A program made the position numbers and the translations under genes. A DNA stretch of 64,000 bases from Squalus acanthias (lineage: Eukaryota): contig CM059432.1 of the NCBI GenBank assembly GCA_030390025.1, positions 100,566,001-100,630,000 of the forward strand. Direction: 5' to 3'. Shown piece after piece: positions 1 to 12,385 of the stretch (position 1 is the first letter of the stretch; every line of letters starts with the position of its first letter). Below the pieces are notes generated by a model. The model had not been told where the DNA came from and made no database searches. It worked only from the letters and a program-made list of their open reading frames with translations.

Positions 1-1580
1 ACTTGACTGTTCTAGGGGTTATCGGATAACATTTTGCATGACCCCAATGTTAAAATATACCTGGATTGTTCGAGAGTCGAGGTCACAATCCAGCCTTGAC
101 TCCCCATTCCTGTGGGGCCCACTTCCACCCTTGAAGAGGCCATCTTACTGGCTTCTAAAGTTATGCCTGGTCTCTGTGAGGCCAGAGCGCAGGAACTCCT
201 GACTTAGGGAGTCCGTGCCCCCCTGCCACCTTCTGCCAATTGGCATGTAGGGGCAAGGTCATCCCAGAAACCTTGCCCCCCTACAACCCGAGTTTGCAAC
301 CATTCCAGCAGATTCCCACTGAAGTTACTGCAGGAATGGCTCATTTTAGCCTCAACATTTTTAAAAAACTGATCCAGTCTGTAGTCTGGCCTCTACTGAT
401 CATTCCATGACTTGAAGCATAAAATGCAGATTTTGGTCTGCAGTAAAGTTAAATATTTAAATAAAAAGGTCACGCTTGCCAGCAAAAAATAGCCCATTCA
501 GAGAACCATTTATTTTTAAAGCCAATAAGGCCTTATACTGGTCATTGGGAATGCAGGGCTCTGCTATTTCAAATTCTGCATATATTTTTCATAATTAATT
601 CAGCTTATATTGTCTTTATGTAGAAGTCCAAATGTAAGTTAAAAAAGATTGTCTGCTTTGTCCTTCATTGCATCTTATTACATCTGTCCTTCACTATTTC
701 ACCAGTAAATATCTCAAAGGTCAAAGTGCCAGAATATGATGTTCGAGCTATGCTATTTTGTCCACTGATTAAGACCTCCAGAACTGATTTTGAACCTTTA
801 CTTTGTTTTTCTTCAATTGTATTTGAGCCAAGGCTTTCAAAATACAAGGGTAACTAGGATTTTATAACAGTGCCCAATGTTTTTTTTGTTCCCTAGCCTT
901 TTATCAGTTACTAATGGTACCAACACAAACCATTTGTTGTCCTTTGATTTTGATAACTGAATGTTGTTTTAGCAGGCATTAAGCATGTTTGAAAGGACTG
1001 AATCAGTATGCAAGTCTAAATCTCCATGTAGTCCAGCACAACTTTTTCTTTTTTTTTCCAAAATTGAAATACATATATTTTGGTTATCTGCTGCTTTTAG
1101 GAGTATACGTAATTCATTGTGTTTAATGGTATGGATATGTATACGCCAGGAAAAATGTGCATTGAAGGGGTCAAGATAACTTGTTTGTACATGGACACTG
1201 GAGTTCACTTGGGTTGAGGGGAGAGTGGTGTCTACATTAACTGGAAGTCAAGATATACTGGGTGTTTCGTAATAATAATTTTGAATACTTTTAAAGAATG
1301 ACCTAAACTATAATGGCTCCATTTTAATAAGGTCTGGTATTTTGTGCTAAATTAGCTTGTCTTAGAAAACAGTTGCTTTATTTCCATTTAGAGCAGTGCC
1401 AAAGCAACACAAGAACAGACATGATAAGGTAGCTTACGCCCTTTATTGTACACTGACTTTCTTTAGTGCAAGTGGAGAAAGGATCAATATGTAATCTGAC
1501 TTGTTTTCAGTCACAGTTGGAATTCCCTTCAACTTCTTCAGCTGAAAAAAATATGCGCCATTAACTTCCGCGGAGGTTCT

Positions 1581-1703
1581 CGATTGTCCACTGTAACTTC
1601 AGTGGAAAATCCGCGGAAACCCCAGAGAGACAGTATAAATGCCATTTAGGTTGTTTCACTCTGGTTTCAGCGGATTTTCCACCAAAAGCACAGCGGACAA
1701 TCA
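1581..1703. repeat. Imperfect inverted repeat, probably a decayed MITE
   Basis: Arm cgattgtccactgtaacttcagtggaaaatccgcggaaacc pairs with ggtttcagcggattttccaccaaaagcacagcggacaatca (about 41 bp, several mismatches). Confidence 0.6.
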
Positions 1704-1788
1704 GGAGAAGCCCCACTGAAATTGAACAGGTGCTACCGTTGAGAAGCCAGTTTTAGTAACATCCAATAAGCATTGCGATGTGCTCTTA

Positions 1789-2169
<381 letters not shown>

Positions 2170-3213
2170 TTAAAATGCGAAACATTACTTAAAAATAAGA
2201 AACATAAGGAAGCTAGAAATAAGAAAAGACTATTTGGCCCCATCAAGCCCATTTCATCCAAAGATTATACACACTGTATCCTGGAATTGATCCAGGCAAA
2301 AATTGTGGAACATGCCTGGGAATGGAGGCAGATGTGGGACTGATCTGGACCTATTTGTAGTGAGCCTCAGGCCTTCGTCTTCAGGTGTGCATTTTTAACG
2401 CGTCACAAAAGGCAGATCACTTAAAACATTTTTTGAAAATCATTTTGACTGACATCAACCGTGTTCTGGATGGCGATTAGGGCACGTCAGTAATCACTCT
2501 GATAAAGTCAAAGTGCTGCTCGCAACAGCTGGTCAAACACCTAGACGCTGCACTAAGATGTGCTGTGTCTGAAAAATTCATGTTAGAATTCCAAAATTTG
2601 GTGAAAGAGAAAGTCTGCAAAGTTTTATACTAAATGGTAGTAGATGTTTGTTAAGTAAATATACACATAATAAGTACATTTACCTTTATTGTTCATAAAG
2701 CAATTTCTACTAAAGTCAGTGCATGTGGCTAAAATTGTGTCACTGTAGCCATACCTCTGGCTAGTTAGCAATTTCTATTTGACAACACCAAGTCTACTAA
2801 GCACTGCTGCATAAATATTGGGCAAGGAAGGAAAGATGCAAATTAGATAAATTTTTCTTAAGTTTTTTATATTTCTTCCCATTTATAAAATGGGAAAAAG
2901 TTATAAAATCCCATGTGAACAGGTGCACAGTGCAGGTGAGATGAGTAAGGGCACTGCTTCCTCCCCCATATTATATTGAGTAATTTACTTATGTATATGT
3001 GTTACATAAAAGAACAAATGTATTTATTTTTCTACCTACAGTGGATGAGCATTTCACGGTCACTGGGGGCATCTTATAGAAACATTTTTTTCTCCAGTGG
3101 AGCTATGTACCCCAGACCACTTCCATACCTCAGCAACCCAACAGTGTAACTTCTGACTCACTGTGAGCAATGCCAAAGGAGATCAGGTTATAATTAATAA
3201 TAAATAATGATCA

Positions 3214-3246
<33 letters not shown>
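3214..3246. repeat. (TA)n(CA)n microsatellite
   Basis: Directly visible; abuts the MITE at 3247. Confidence 0.95.
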
Positions 3247-3248
<2 letters not shown>

Positions 3249-3515
3249 GTAATCCCGCCCCAACTGTGGTTTTGCCATACGCGGATTTCACGTATACACG
3301 GTTTCCACTCTGCGACAATTTTTGTCAAACGCGGCAGTGAAATTCGCGTATCCGCAGTTTTTAATTTAGGAATAAGGTAAAAAACATGATTTTTATGCTA
3401 TTTATATGCTTTTTATATTTTTTTCATTGTGTTTATACTGAATTTGCCAACCGCGGTTTTACTAACCACGGGGGTTTTCAGGGACGTATCCCCCGTGGTT
3501 GGGGAGGGATCCCTG
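3247..3515. mobile_element. Tc1/mariner (pogo/Tigger-like) MITE
   Basis: Termini cagtaatcccgccccaactgtgg and ccgtggttggggagggatccctg are imperfect inverted repeats starting CAG. TA follows the right end and a TA microsatellite lies on the left. Confidence 0.65.
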
Positions 3516-3755
3516 TATATTAATGTCAAACGTGATCTGACCATATCAAGTTGTGTTGCAGTTTTGGGAAATTTGAATTATCATCGCACCTCCATTTCAT
3601 ACGATTGTTGCAGTGACCATTTGCAGATGCTGCTGCCATTTTGGGTATTCATAATTTATGTTTCACTTTCATGATGTGTTGTAGATCAAGGGTACACCAG
3701 GAATCCAAATATTAGACGCCTGTGTTAACCACAGACAATTTATCCCCTCCCACAC

Positions 3756-3918
3756 AAACATAGAAACATAGAAAATAGGTGCAGGAGTAGACCATTCGGT
3801 CCTTCGAGCCTGCACCGCCATTCAATGCGTTCATGGCTGAACATGCTACCTCAGTACCCCATTCCTGCTTTCTCGCCATACCCCTTGATCCCCCTAGTTG
3901 TGAGTATTATATCTAAAT
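3756..3918 (-). mobile_element. CR1 LINE 3' tail fragment
   Basis: (atagaaac)n terminal repeat plus the stem-loop tail shared with the CR1 at 27067-27796. Confidence 0.8.
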
Positions 3919-3938
3919 AGAAACATATATTTATTTTG

Positions 3939-6025
3939 ATAGAATCATAGAAAGTTACAGCACAGAAGGAGACCATTTCGGCCCATCGTGTCCGCGCCGG
4001 CCAACAAAAAGCTATCCAGCCTAATCCTACTTCCCAGCTCTTGATCCATAGCCCTGCAGATTAGAGCATCCCAAGTGCACATCCGAGTACTTTTTAAATG
4101 TGGTTAGGGTTCCTGCCTCTACCACCCTTTCAGGCAGTGAGTTCCAGACCCCCACAACCCTCTGGGTGAAGAAATTTCCCCTCAAATCTCCTCTAAACCT
4201 TCCACCAATTATTTTAAATCTGTGACTCCTGGTTTTTGAGGGAAATAGGTCCTTTCTATCCACTTTATCTATGCCCCTCATAATTTTATACACCTCAATA
4301 AGGTCTCCCCTCAGCCTCCTCTGTTCCAAGGAAAACAGACCCAGCCTATCCAGTCTTTCCTCATAGCTAAGATTCTCTACTCCCGGCAACATCCTTGTAA
4401 ATCTCCTCTGTACCCTCTCTAGTGCAATCACATCTTTCCTGTAATGTGGTGACCAGAACTGCACGCAGTACTCTAGCTGAGGCCTAACTAGTGTTTTATA
4501 CAGTTGAAGCATAACCCCCCTGCTCTTGTATTTTATGCCACAGCTAATAAAGGCAAGCATTCAGTTTGCCTTCTTAACCACCTTATCTACCTGGCCTGCT
4601 ACCTTCAGGGATCTGTGGACATGCACTCCAAGGTCCCTTTTTTCCTCTACACTACTCAGTGTCCTACCATTTAATGTGTATTCCCTTTCCTTGTTAGCCC
4701 TCCCCAAATGCATTATCTCACACTTCTCCAGATTGAATTCCATTTGCCACTGTTCTGCCCACCTGACCAATTTATTGATATCTTCCTGCAGTCTACAGCT
4801 TCCTTCTTCAGTATCAACCACACAGCCGATTTTGGTATCATCTGCAAACTTCTTAATCATACCCCGTATATTCAAGTCAAGATCGTTGATATATACCACA
4901 AAAAGCAAGGGACCTAGTACTGAGCCCTGCAGAACCCCACTGGAAACAGCCTTCCAGTCACAGAAACACCCATCAACCATTACCCTCTGCTTCCTGTCTC
5001 CGAGCCAGTTTTGAATCCAACTTGACACTTTGCCCTGGATCCCATGGGCTTTTAACTTCGTGACCAGTCTGCCATGTGGAACCTTATCAAAAGCCTTGCT
5101 AAAGTCCATATACACTACATCAAATACACTACCCTCATCTACCCTCCTTGTTACCTCCTCAAAAAATTCAATCAAGTTTGTCAGACACGACCTTCCCTTA
5201 ACAAATCCGTGCTGACTATCCTTGATTAATCCGTGTCTTTCGAAATGAAGATTTATCCTGTCCTTCAAATTCTTTCCAATAATTTTCCCACCACCGAGTT
5301 AGGCTGACTGGCCTGTAATTACTCGGTCTATCCTTTTCTCCCTTTTTAAACAAGGGTACCACATTAGCAGTCCTCCAGCACCACACCTGAAGCCAGAGAG
5401 GATTGGAAAATGATGGTCAGGGCCTCTGCTATTTCCTCTTTTGCTTTGCTTAACAGCCTGGGATACATTTCATCCGGGCCTAGGGATTTATCCACTTTTA
5501 AAGCTGCTAAACCCCTTAATACTTCCTCTCTCACTATGTTTATTTCATCTAATATTTCACACTCCTCCCCCCGATAGCAATGTCTGCTTCGCCCCTCTCC
5601 TTTGTGAAAACAGACGCAAAGTATTCATTAAGAACCCTACCGACATCTTCCGCCTCCACACACAGATTACCCTCATGATCTCTAATAGGCCCTACCCTTT
5701 CTTTAGTTATCCTCTTACTCTTAACATATTTATAAAACTTCTTTTTGGGTTTTCCTTGATTTTACTTGCCAAGAATTTCATGCTCTCTCTTTGCTTTCCT
5801 AATATCCTTTTTAATTGCACCCCTGCACTTTCTGTACTCCTCTAAAGCTTCTGGAGTATTTAGCCCTTGGTATCGGTCATACGCCTCCCTTTTTTTCTTT
5901 ATCCTACCCTGTATGTCTCTAGACATCCAGGGGGCTCTAGATTTGTTAGTCCCCCCTTTTTTCTTTAAGGGCAAATATTTGGTCTGAACACTCCGGATCT
6001 CCTCTTTGAATGCCTCCCACTGCTC
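3939..6025 (-). mobile_element. CR1 LINE, 5'-truncated ORF2 (reverse transcriptase) plus 3' UTR
   Basis: ORFs 4027-4560, 4561-5268 and 5762-5974 carry QHGFVKGRSCLTNL, YMDFSKAFDKVPH, QGSVLGP, KFADDTK and RNFFTQRVV-type motifs. Frameshifted; (atagaatc) tail. Confidence 0.95.
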
Positions 6026-6990
6026 AACTTACTGAATTTTTGAATGATAAACCGTACAATTAACATTGTCCTGTAAAGTTGTACGGGAGTGAAAAAGCAA
6101 ATGTTTCTTCCAGTGAAGCATTACTGAGCACATGAGTACCTGACGTGAACTATTTTATAAAATTATCTCTTACTTGGGTCACAACACGTGAGTGAGCAGA
6201 CTCCAGGGCCAAAGACTGACTGTCAGAAATACCAGTAATTCTCCTCATTAGTTAGCTCAAGGAGAACCTCTACAGACACATCACATATGTGAATATAGTT
6301 TAACCCTGTACTTAAACAGGATTTGAACATGCACCAAAAGACACTGACCTTTTAGATGTTTTACTCCTACAATATGAAACCATATACAAGAATGCTTAAA
6401 TTGTGTAGGTTTTCATGGTAATAAAGAGCCGGAGGAAGTCTGTGCTGTAATAGAGTTGATTTTATAAAGGAACTTTACATATTCTGACACGCCACATTTT
6501 GGCATTTAACATGATGTAAACCCCCCAGTTATGTCCGAGTTCTGGCTTTGTGTTTTCAGTTACATTGACACTTGAAAGGCCAGTAAGGTAAAAGTTTAAT
6601 TTGGACTTTTGCACACTTCTTCCATCTACACTGAGAGCTTTTGATAGCCCAGGCTGTGACATCATGTGGCACAAGGACCTCAGTTCTGTGCAAAAAATAT
6701 AGTAAATGTATCACACAAAGTAATAAATCGCAATTTAGCTAACAGGGCAAACATATTTATCTTTATTGAATCTTAATGGCACAATTATTGATTTTATGGC
6801 CTACATGGTGACCATGATATCACATTCTGGATTGGCTTGTAGACGAATCACATTCATGCTTATTTTACCAAATTTAATCATGACTGAGTGCTAACAGACA
6901 AATAAAACAACTGAAAATATTTAAACAGGGCAGGATAACGGGGAATAACCATTTCTGTCTAGGGCTATGTGCTGATATGTCTCAAGTAAG

Positions 6991-8913
6991 GGCCGCAAAA
7001 TTCGGGGTTGTAGCGCTGGCCGTTAAGGCCAGTTTTGTTGAAAAAATGGCGGCCGCCTCGCTTCCGCCCATTTCCGGCATGGAACATGGCAGCCGCCATT
7101 TTGCAGAGATCGGCAGCGCTGCCGTTGCCTGCGCTCAGCTCTCGCATGTAAATATGCAGATTGTGACATCAATCGGCATGCAATGCCTGAATTGACACAC
7201 AACTGTGATTTTAGACGTCGCTGCTCTCTATACCGTCCTCTCCTAACCACTCATGGAAGAATGTGCGTGCAGTTCTACAAAGATGCTGTCAGCACTTCTT
7301 AAAGGGACACACACATCTTTCAGGTAAGTTTCAATTTCAACTTTTGGACTTTTTTACATTTTATTGGATTAGTGGCTTTGTGCAATACATTAAAAAAAGT
7401 TGTTAACGTGTGGAGGGATTGCTGTTGGATACTTGCAAGGCTTTGGATGTTAAAAGAAAGCCTCTGAGAACATCACTTGCTCACAGTCTTGGGGGCTCTA
7501 GTTGCAGTCCCCCTTGGGCTGCAACATCACATGGAGATGAAGCAGAGGCAGCAAAAGGGACAAGCTACTTGCAGAGGGAAGAGGAAGAAGCAGAAGAGGA
7601 GGAAGTGGAAGAAAGGAGGCAACTCAGACATCCCCTTTCTGGCCAGGACATCTGGGATTGAGCCATCTGCTTGCGGTACCAGTGAACACAACCCCAATTC
7701 CCCTTTCAACATTTGTCCCACACCTTACCTTCCCTCTGTTACTGACCATCACAGCGTCCTCTTGGCCACAATGCTTAAATAAAAGCTACCACAAAGCAAC
7801 CTTTCCAATCCAACTTTATCCATAAATGCATCCAATGTTACATCAAAAAATCAACTCATCACCCTTGTGCATTCCCTTAGTGACTGTCTTGCGTGTGCCT
7901 TTGCCTATCCTACTGATGTCACACAGTGCTAACGCAGTGGCTGCAGCATGGCTGGTGAAAGACTGCTGGCTTTCAGTGGGAGACACTGCAAATGGCCTTG
8001 CAGGATGACCTTGAGTAACTGGGAGTGTGAAATCGAGGGACTGTGTTTCTTCTTGTTCTTCACTCTCCTCCCCCTCTTCTTGTATTTCTTGGTTGTCTGG
8101 AATGAGGAAGGCACAAGGGTAGGGTTGTGGTGAGGGGAGGGCGGGAAAGCAAAAGGTGCATGCTTACACCATGTGCAGCTTGGACATCAGAAGCGTTTGT
8201 GGGATGAGGGGGAAGTGGGATGTGAGAAGGAGAATAACATATGAGGATACCGGTATCTTGTATTCTTTCAGATCCGCCATTGGCTCAGCCATGCCCCTGC
8301 CAAGAATGGCCTGCACTGTCTCCTGCAAGGGGGTGAGGTGAAGCAAGGAATGTGAGGAGGTCGGTGAGTGATGGGGGTGGGGTAGGTCATGCATTGAGCA
8401 GTGTGTGAGGCTAGTGGTGCAGTTGGTAGGAGATGGTTTTTGAAGATGCATTCACTGACCTTGACCATTCGTCTGAGGTCATGAAACTTTGGTCACTGGA
8501 GCCAGGTCCTGAGGGGAACACTGCTGGCAGTGACGGCCTCAGTGATCTGGTTCCACATCTTCTTTCTGGAGGGCCTGCTGGCCCCCTGTGGGTAGAGCAC
8601 CTCTCTTCCACTTGTGACCCCTGCACAAAGCTGGAATGCTGCGTCCAAGACGCTGGGTGCCCTTTCCCTGGCCTGTTGAGACATTTGTGTTAGTGCTGAA
8701 GCACTTTAACCAATTTTTACGTGCACAACCTTGGGCCTCCTACTGAGCGCAGAGCCAGTCAGCAGCGTAATAGTTCCTGGGCTGTGTGCTAAAATCATTT
8801 AAATTAGCAGGCAGCACCAAATTAATATGCTGCCTGCGCTTTCTAAACGGCGCGAGCAAATCTCGCCCTACGGTGCCCAAGTCTGTTTTCGAGCCTTACC
8901 GAATTTCCCAGCC
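6991..8913 (+). mobile_element. PIF/Harbinger internal-deletion derivative (copy H1)
   Basis: TIRs ggccgcaaaattcgg / ccgaatttcccagcc with AAG on both sides. The + strand carries the transposase N-terminus (ORF 7477, LGALVAVPL, matching 11138-11911). The - strand carries Myb/SANT remnants (8493-8684, RERAP...MWNQITEAV...RTWLQ). Confidence 0.85.
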
Positions 8914-8939
8914 AAGGTTTCTTATTTTTAGACAGTTAA

Positions 8940-9725
8940 ACAAACATGAGGTCATCCATTTTGGACCAAAAAAGCATACATTCAAATATTTTTTAAATGG
9001 TGAAAAGCTAGGAACAGTAGATGTCCAAAGGGATTTAGGGGTCCATGTACACAGATCACTAAAATGTAGTAGTCAGGTACAAAAAAATCATCAAAAAGAC
9101 TAATGGCATGTTAGCCTTTAATACTAGAGGGCTAGAATATGAAGGGGAGAAAGTTTTGCTACAGCTACACAAAGCCCTGGTTAGACCACATCTGGGGTAC
9201 TGTGTACAGTTCTGGGTACCACAATTAGAATGGATATATTGGCCTTGGAAGGAGTGTAGCACAGATTCACCAGAATGGTACCAGGGCTCCAAGGGTTAGA
9301 ACATGAGGAGAGATTGCATAAATTAGTCTTGTATTCCCTGGAATATAGAAGTTTAAGGGGTGATTTGATTGAAGTTTTTAGGATTTTGAAAGGATTGATA
9401 GGGTAGATAGAGAGAAACCTTTTCTACTGGTTGTGGGAGTCTACAAAATGGGGACATAACCTTAAAATCAGAGCCAGGCCATGGAGGAGAGAAGTTAGGA
9501 AACGCTACTTCACGCAAAAGGTGGTAGAAGTGCGAAACTCTCCCACAAAAAGCAGTAGATGCTAGCTCAATTCATAATTTTAAATCTGAGATTGATAGAT
9601 TTTTGCTAGCCAAGGGTATTAAGGGTTATGGAGCCAAAGTAGGTGGATGGAGTTAGTGTACAGATCAGCCGTGATCTCACTGAATGGAGGAACAGGGGCT
9701 CAATAACCTACTCCTGTTCCTATTC
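8940..9725 (+). mobile_element. CR1 LINE 3' fragment
   Basis: EVIHFG, QRDLGVHVH and LVRPHLGYCVQFW motifs followed by a CR1 tail. Confidence 0.9.
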
Positions 9726-9911
9726 AAATTCTCACAATAAATATTTCAAGGGTAGGTTTGTCTCTTCTACTTGTTTCTATAATAAAAAATTGTAGATAAC
9801 AGGTCGAAAGTTCTTTCTGAATTTGTAATGTGTACTCTGGTATGTCAAGATATTGTTGAAAAAAGTGTTACAATCGTGCAATGTGACAAAATCGTTCTGA
9901 GTTAAGACAAA

Positions 9912-10923
9912 GGGGGGAAAAATTGAGTCGCGCCCCCTTTGAGCGCCCCGAAAAATTTAGCACCTCCACGGCCGAAATTAACCGGTAGCGCCCCAAGAGG
10001 GAGGCGGGGTGCTACTGGAAGCGCTCCGCTTCCCTCTTGGGGCGCTGTGAGTGAATTTTCACAGAATCCCACAGTGCAGATAGAGGCCATTTCGGCCCAT
10101 CGAGCCTGCACCGACACATATCCCACCCTATCCCCGTAACCCCATGTATTTAATCCCCCTAACACTAAGGGTCAATTTATCATAGCCAAATCAACCTAAC
10201 CCGCACATCTTTGGACTGTGGGAGGAAACCGGAGCACCCGGAGGAAACCCACGCAGACACGGGGAGAATGTGCAAACTCCACACAGACAGTCATCCGAGG
10301 CCGGATTCGAACCCGGGTCCCTGGCGCTGTGAGGTAACAGTGCTAACCACTATGCAACCATGCTGCCGCAGCGCCACGTCGCGCCACGGTACTGCAGGCC
10401 TTCCTCCCCTTATTAAAGAGGAGGGGCCCAGCGCAGCGTGACCCGGGGACCAGCTGGGCCACCAGGGATCGGAGTGCCGGCAAAAGAGCCCGGCACTCAA
10501 GAGAAGTGCCGGGCACACGGAGCGCAGCCGGCACTTCGCGGGCGGGCTGCAGAGGAGGCCGGGGACAGCAGAGGGGGCAGGTGCTGGCAGGTGGCCAGCA
10601 ACAAAAATGGCCGCCTGGCACCTCCCCTTTAATTAGCGCCGCCCCGACTGCAGGTAGGCCCCCCTGACCCCGTCGAACATAGTGTCTGGCGGTAAGTCAG
10701 GGGGCGCTACCGAAGATCATGGTTGGGGCGCTGCGCACGGCGATGGCGTCATTGGCGGTGGCGCAGCGCCGTGGGGCGCTAATGGTTACTGCTGACGCTA
10801 ACATCCCACTGTATTTCCCGGGAGGCGTTGGCACCGCCGCGCCTAGGCGCTAGTTGCTTTGCGTCCCATTAGCGCCATAAGAGGGCGCTAACGGGAGGCG
10901 CAAAGCAACCAATTTTTTAGGCC
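9912..10923 (+). mobile_element. GC-rich Harbinger-type MITE (family M1) interrupted by a SINE
   Basis: Colinear with 38456-39153 once 10061-10367 is removed. Termini ggggggaaaaattg / caattttttaggcc. Confidence 0.85.
10061..10367 (-). mobile_element. tRNA-derived V-SINE (HE1-like)
   Basis: Minus strand reads ggcagcatggttgcatagtggttagcactg (A box), ggttcgaatcc (B box), V-domain gtgtggagtttgcacattctccccgtgtctgcgtgggtttcctccgggtgctccggtttcctcccaca, then a CR1-derived tail. Confidence 0.92.
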
Positions 10924-10983
10924 ATAGGGTTTAAGATGAATACAGTTGCCTCTCTTTCACCTTGCAAATTTACTGGAGCTTTT

Positions 10984-12385
10984 GGGGGTGAAATCTGATT
11001 AGGCCAGAGAACGGGCTCGGGGAACGCGATCTACCTGCACCCATTCAAAGTGGCTCAGAAAATAGCACTACGCGTGCTTTAGAGGGTATTATAGAGCTGG
11101 GATCTGCACGTGGTGAGTCATCAGGCACGAGTGGGCTTCAGCCAGGCCGGGGGAAAAAGGTAGCTCCCCGGAGGGCGAGTTTGCACATGAGTTCTGCTGC
11201 ACAGGACTCAGATGATGGCTTCGATGGGGCAGCCTTCAGAAGAAGGGTGATGGGCATGCACACAGAAATGCTTGGTGCAGTGGCAGGCCTGCCAGAGAGC
11301 CTCTTGTCAGTGTCAAGGAGTCCGGCTCCAACATTGCACGGGGCTTTGTACAGAGCTTGGAGCCTATGATTTCCAGGATGAAGGTGATGGGCAATTCCAT
11401 TAGAACACTTGTGGACCCAACCATGATGCTGGATGTGATGGGCGAAGTCACAGCTACCATTGCAGCACAAGCGGAAGCGACCCAACGTCTGAGTGCTGCA
11501 GTGGATGCAGCGATGGACGTCGAACTTGGAGATGTTAACTAGGTCTCCTGCTGCAGACTGGAAGGATCTGGTGGTGAAACAATTGAGGGCCACAGTGACC
11601 TTGAGGGCCACTGGCAATGTTATCATTGCCCTGCTCCGAGGCTGCAAGTCTGGTTCCAGGAGGTGGCAGAGTTCTGTAACCGCCTCCTTGGTGAAGTGGA
11701 GCCTCTGAATACACTGCTCCTGGCTTAAGTGCAGGTAGGAGAAGTCTTCTCGGAAGACCCTAGGTGGGTAAGACCTCCTGCTGAGAGCCCTTCTGCTCCT
11801 CCTCTTCCCTCTGCGAGCAGCTTGTCCTCTTCTTTGCTGCTTCTGCTCCATCTCCCTGTCATGCTCCAGCACGAGGGGAACTGCAACTAGAGCCCCCATG
11901 ACTGGGAGCAAGTGGTCTGAGCTGAACTCTTGAATTCAGAAGCAAGGCCTACTCCACTTGCTGCACCACTCCATCACTTCAGCAACTTTAAATAACTGTT
12001 GAAAGCTCCAAACTGTTGCACAAACTTACACAGAGCCAGTAAAAATCAAAAAGCAAGTCACCTGCAAGTTGTTGATGATTCCTTTGCATGCCGCTGGTGG
12101 GGGGGATCCCTCGTGTAGCTGAAACACTTGTGGAGAGGGCGTTGAATGGAGTGGCAACGTCCCAAATGGCAGATCGTGCGTCAAATCAGCATTGCACACT
12201 GATTGACGTCACGATCTGATTGATTAGCATTTTTCTGGTGAATGTAGGCAATGGCCGCGCAGCTGACCTCCTCAAAATGGTGGCCACCCTGAGCCGCGCT
12301 GGAAGTGGGCGGAAACGAGGCGGCTGCCATTTTTATGCCGAATCCGGCATTAACTGCCGGCGCTAAGGTGCCGAATTTTACGGCC
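10984..12385 (-). mobile_element. PIF/Harbinger internal-deletion derivative (copy H2), same family as H1 in opposite orientation
   Basis: Right end is the reverse-complement homologue of 6991-7250; TTT lies on both sides. ORF 11138-11911 has a HARBI1-like N-terminus (FTKEAVTELCHLL, LKVTVAL, FQSAAGDL) joined near 11500 to the opposite-strand Myb-gene C-terminal region (homologous to 26570-26900). Confidence 0.85.

Noticed and set aside
10290..10367. tRNA gene
   Set aside because: A and B boxes run directly into a V-SINE core and LINE tail; this is a SINE head.
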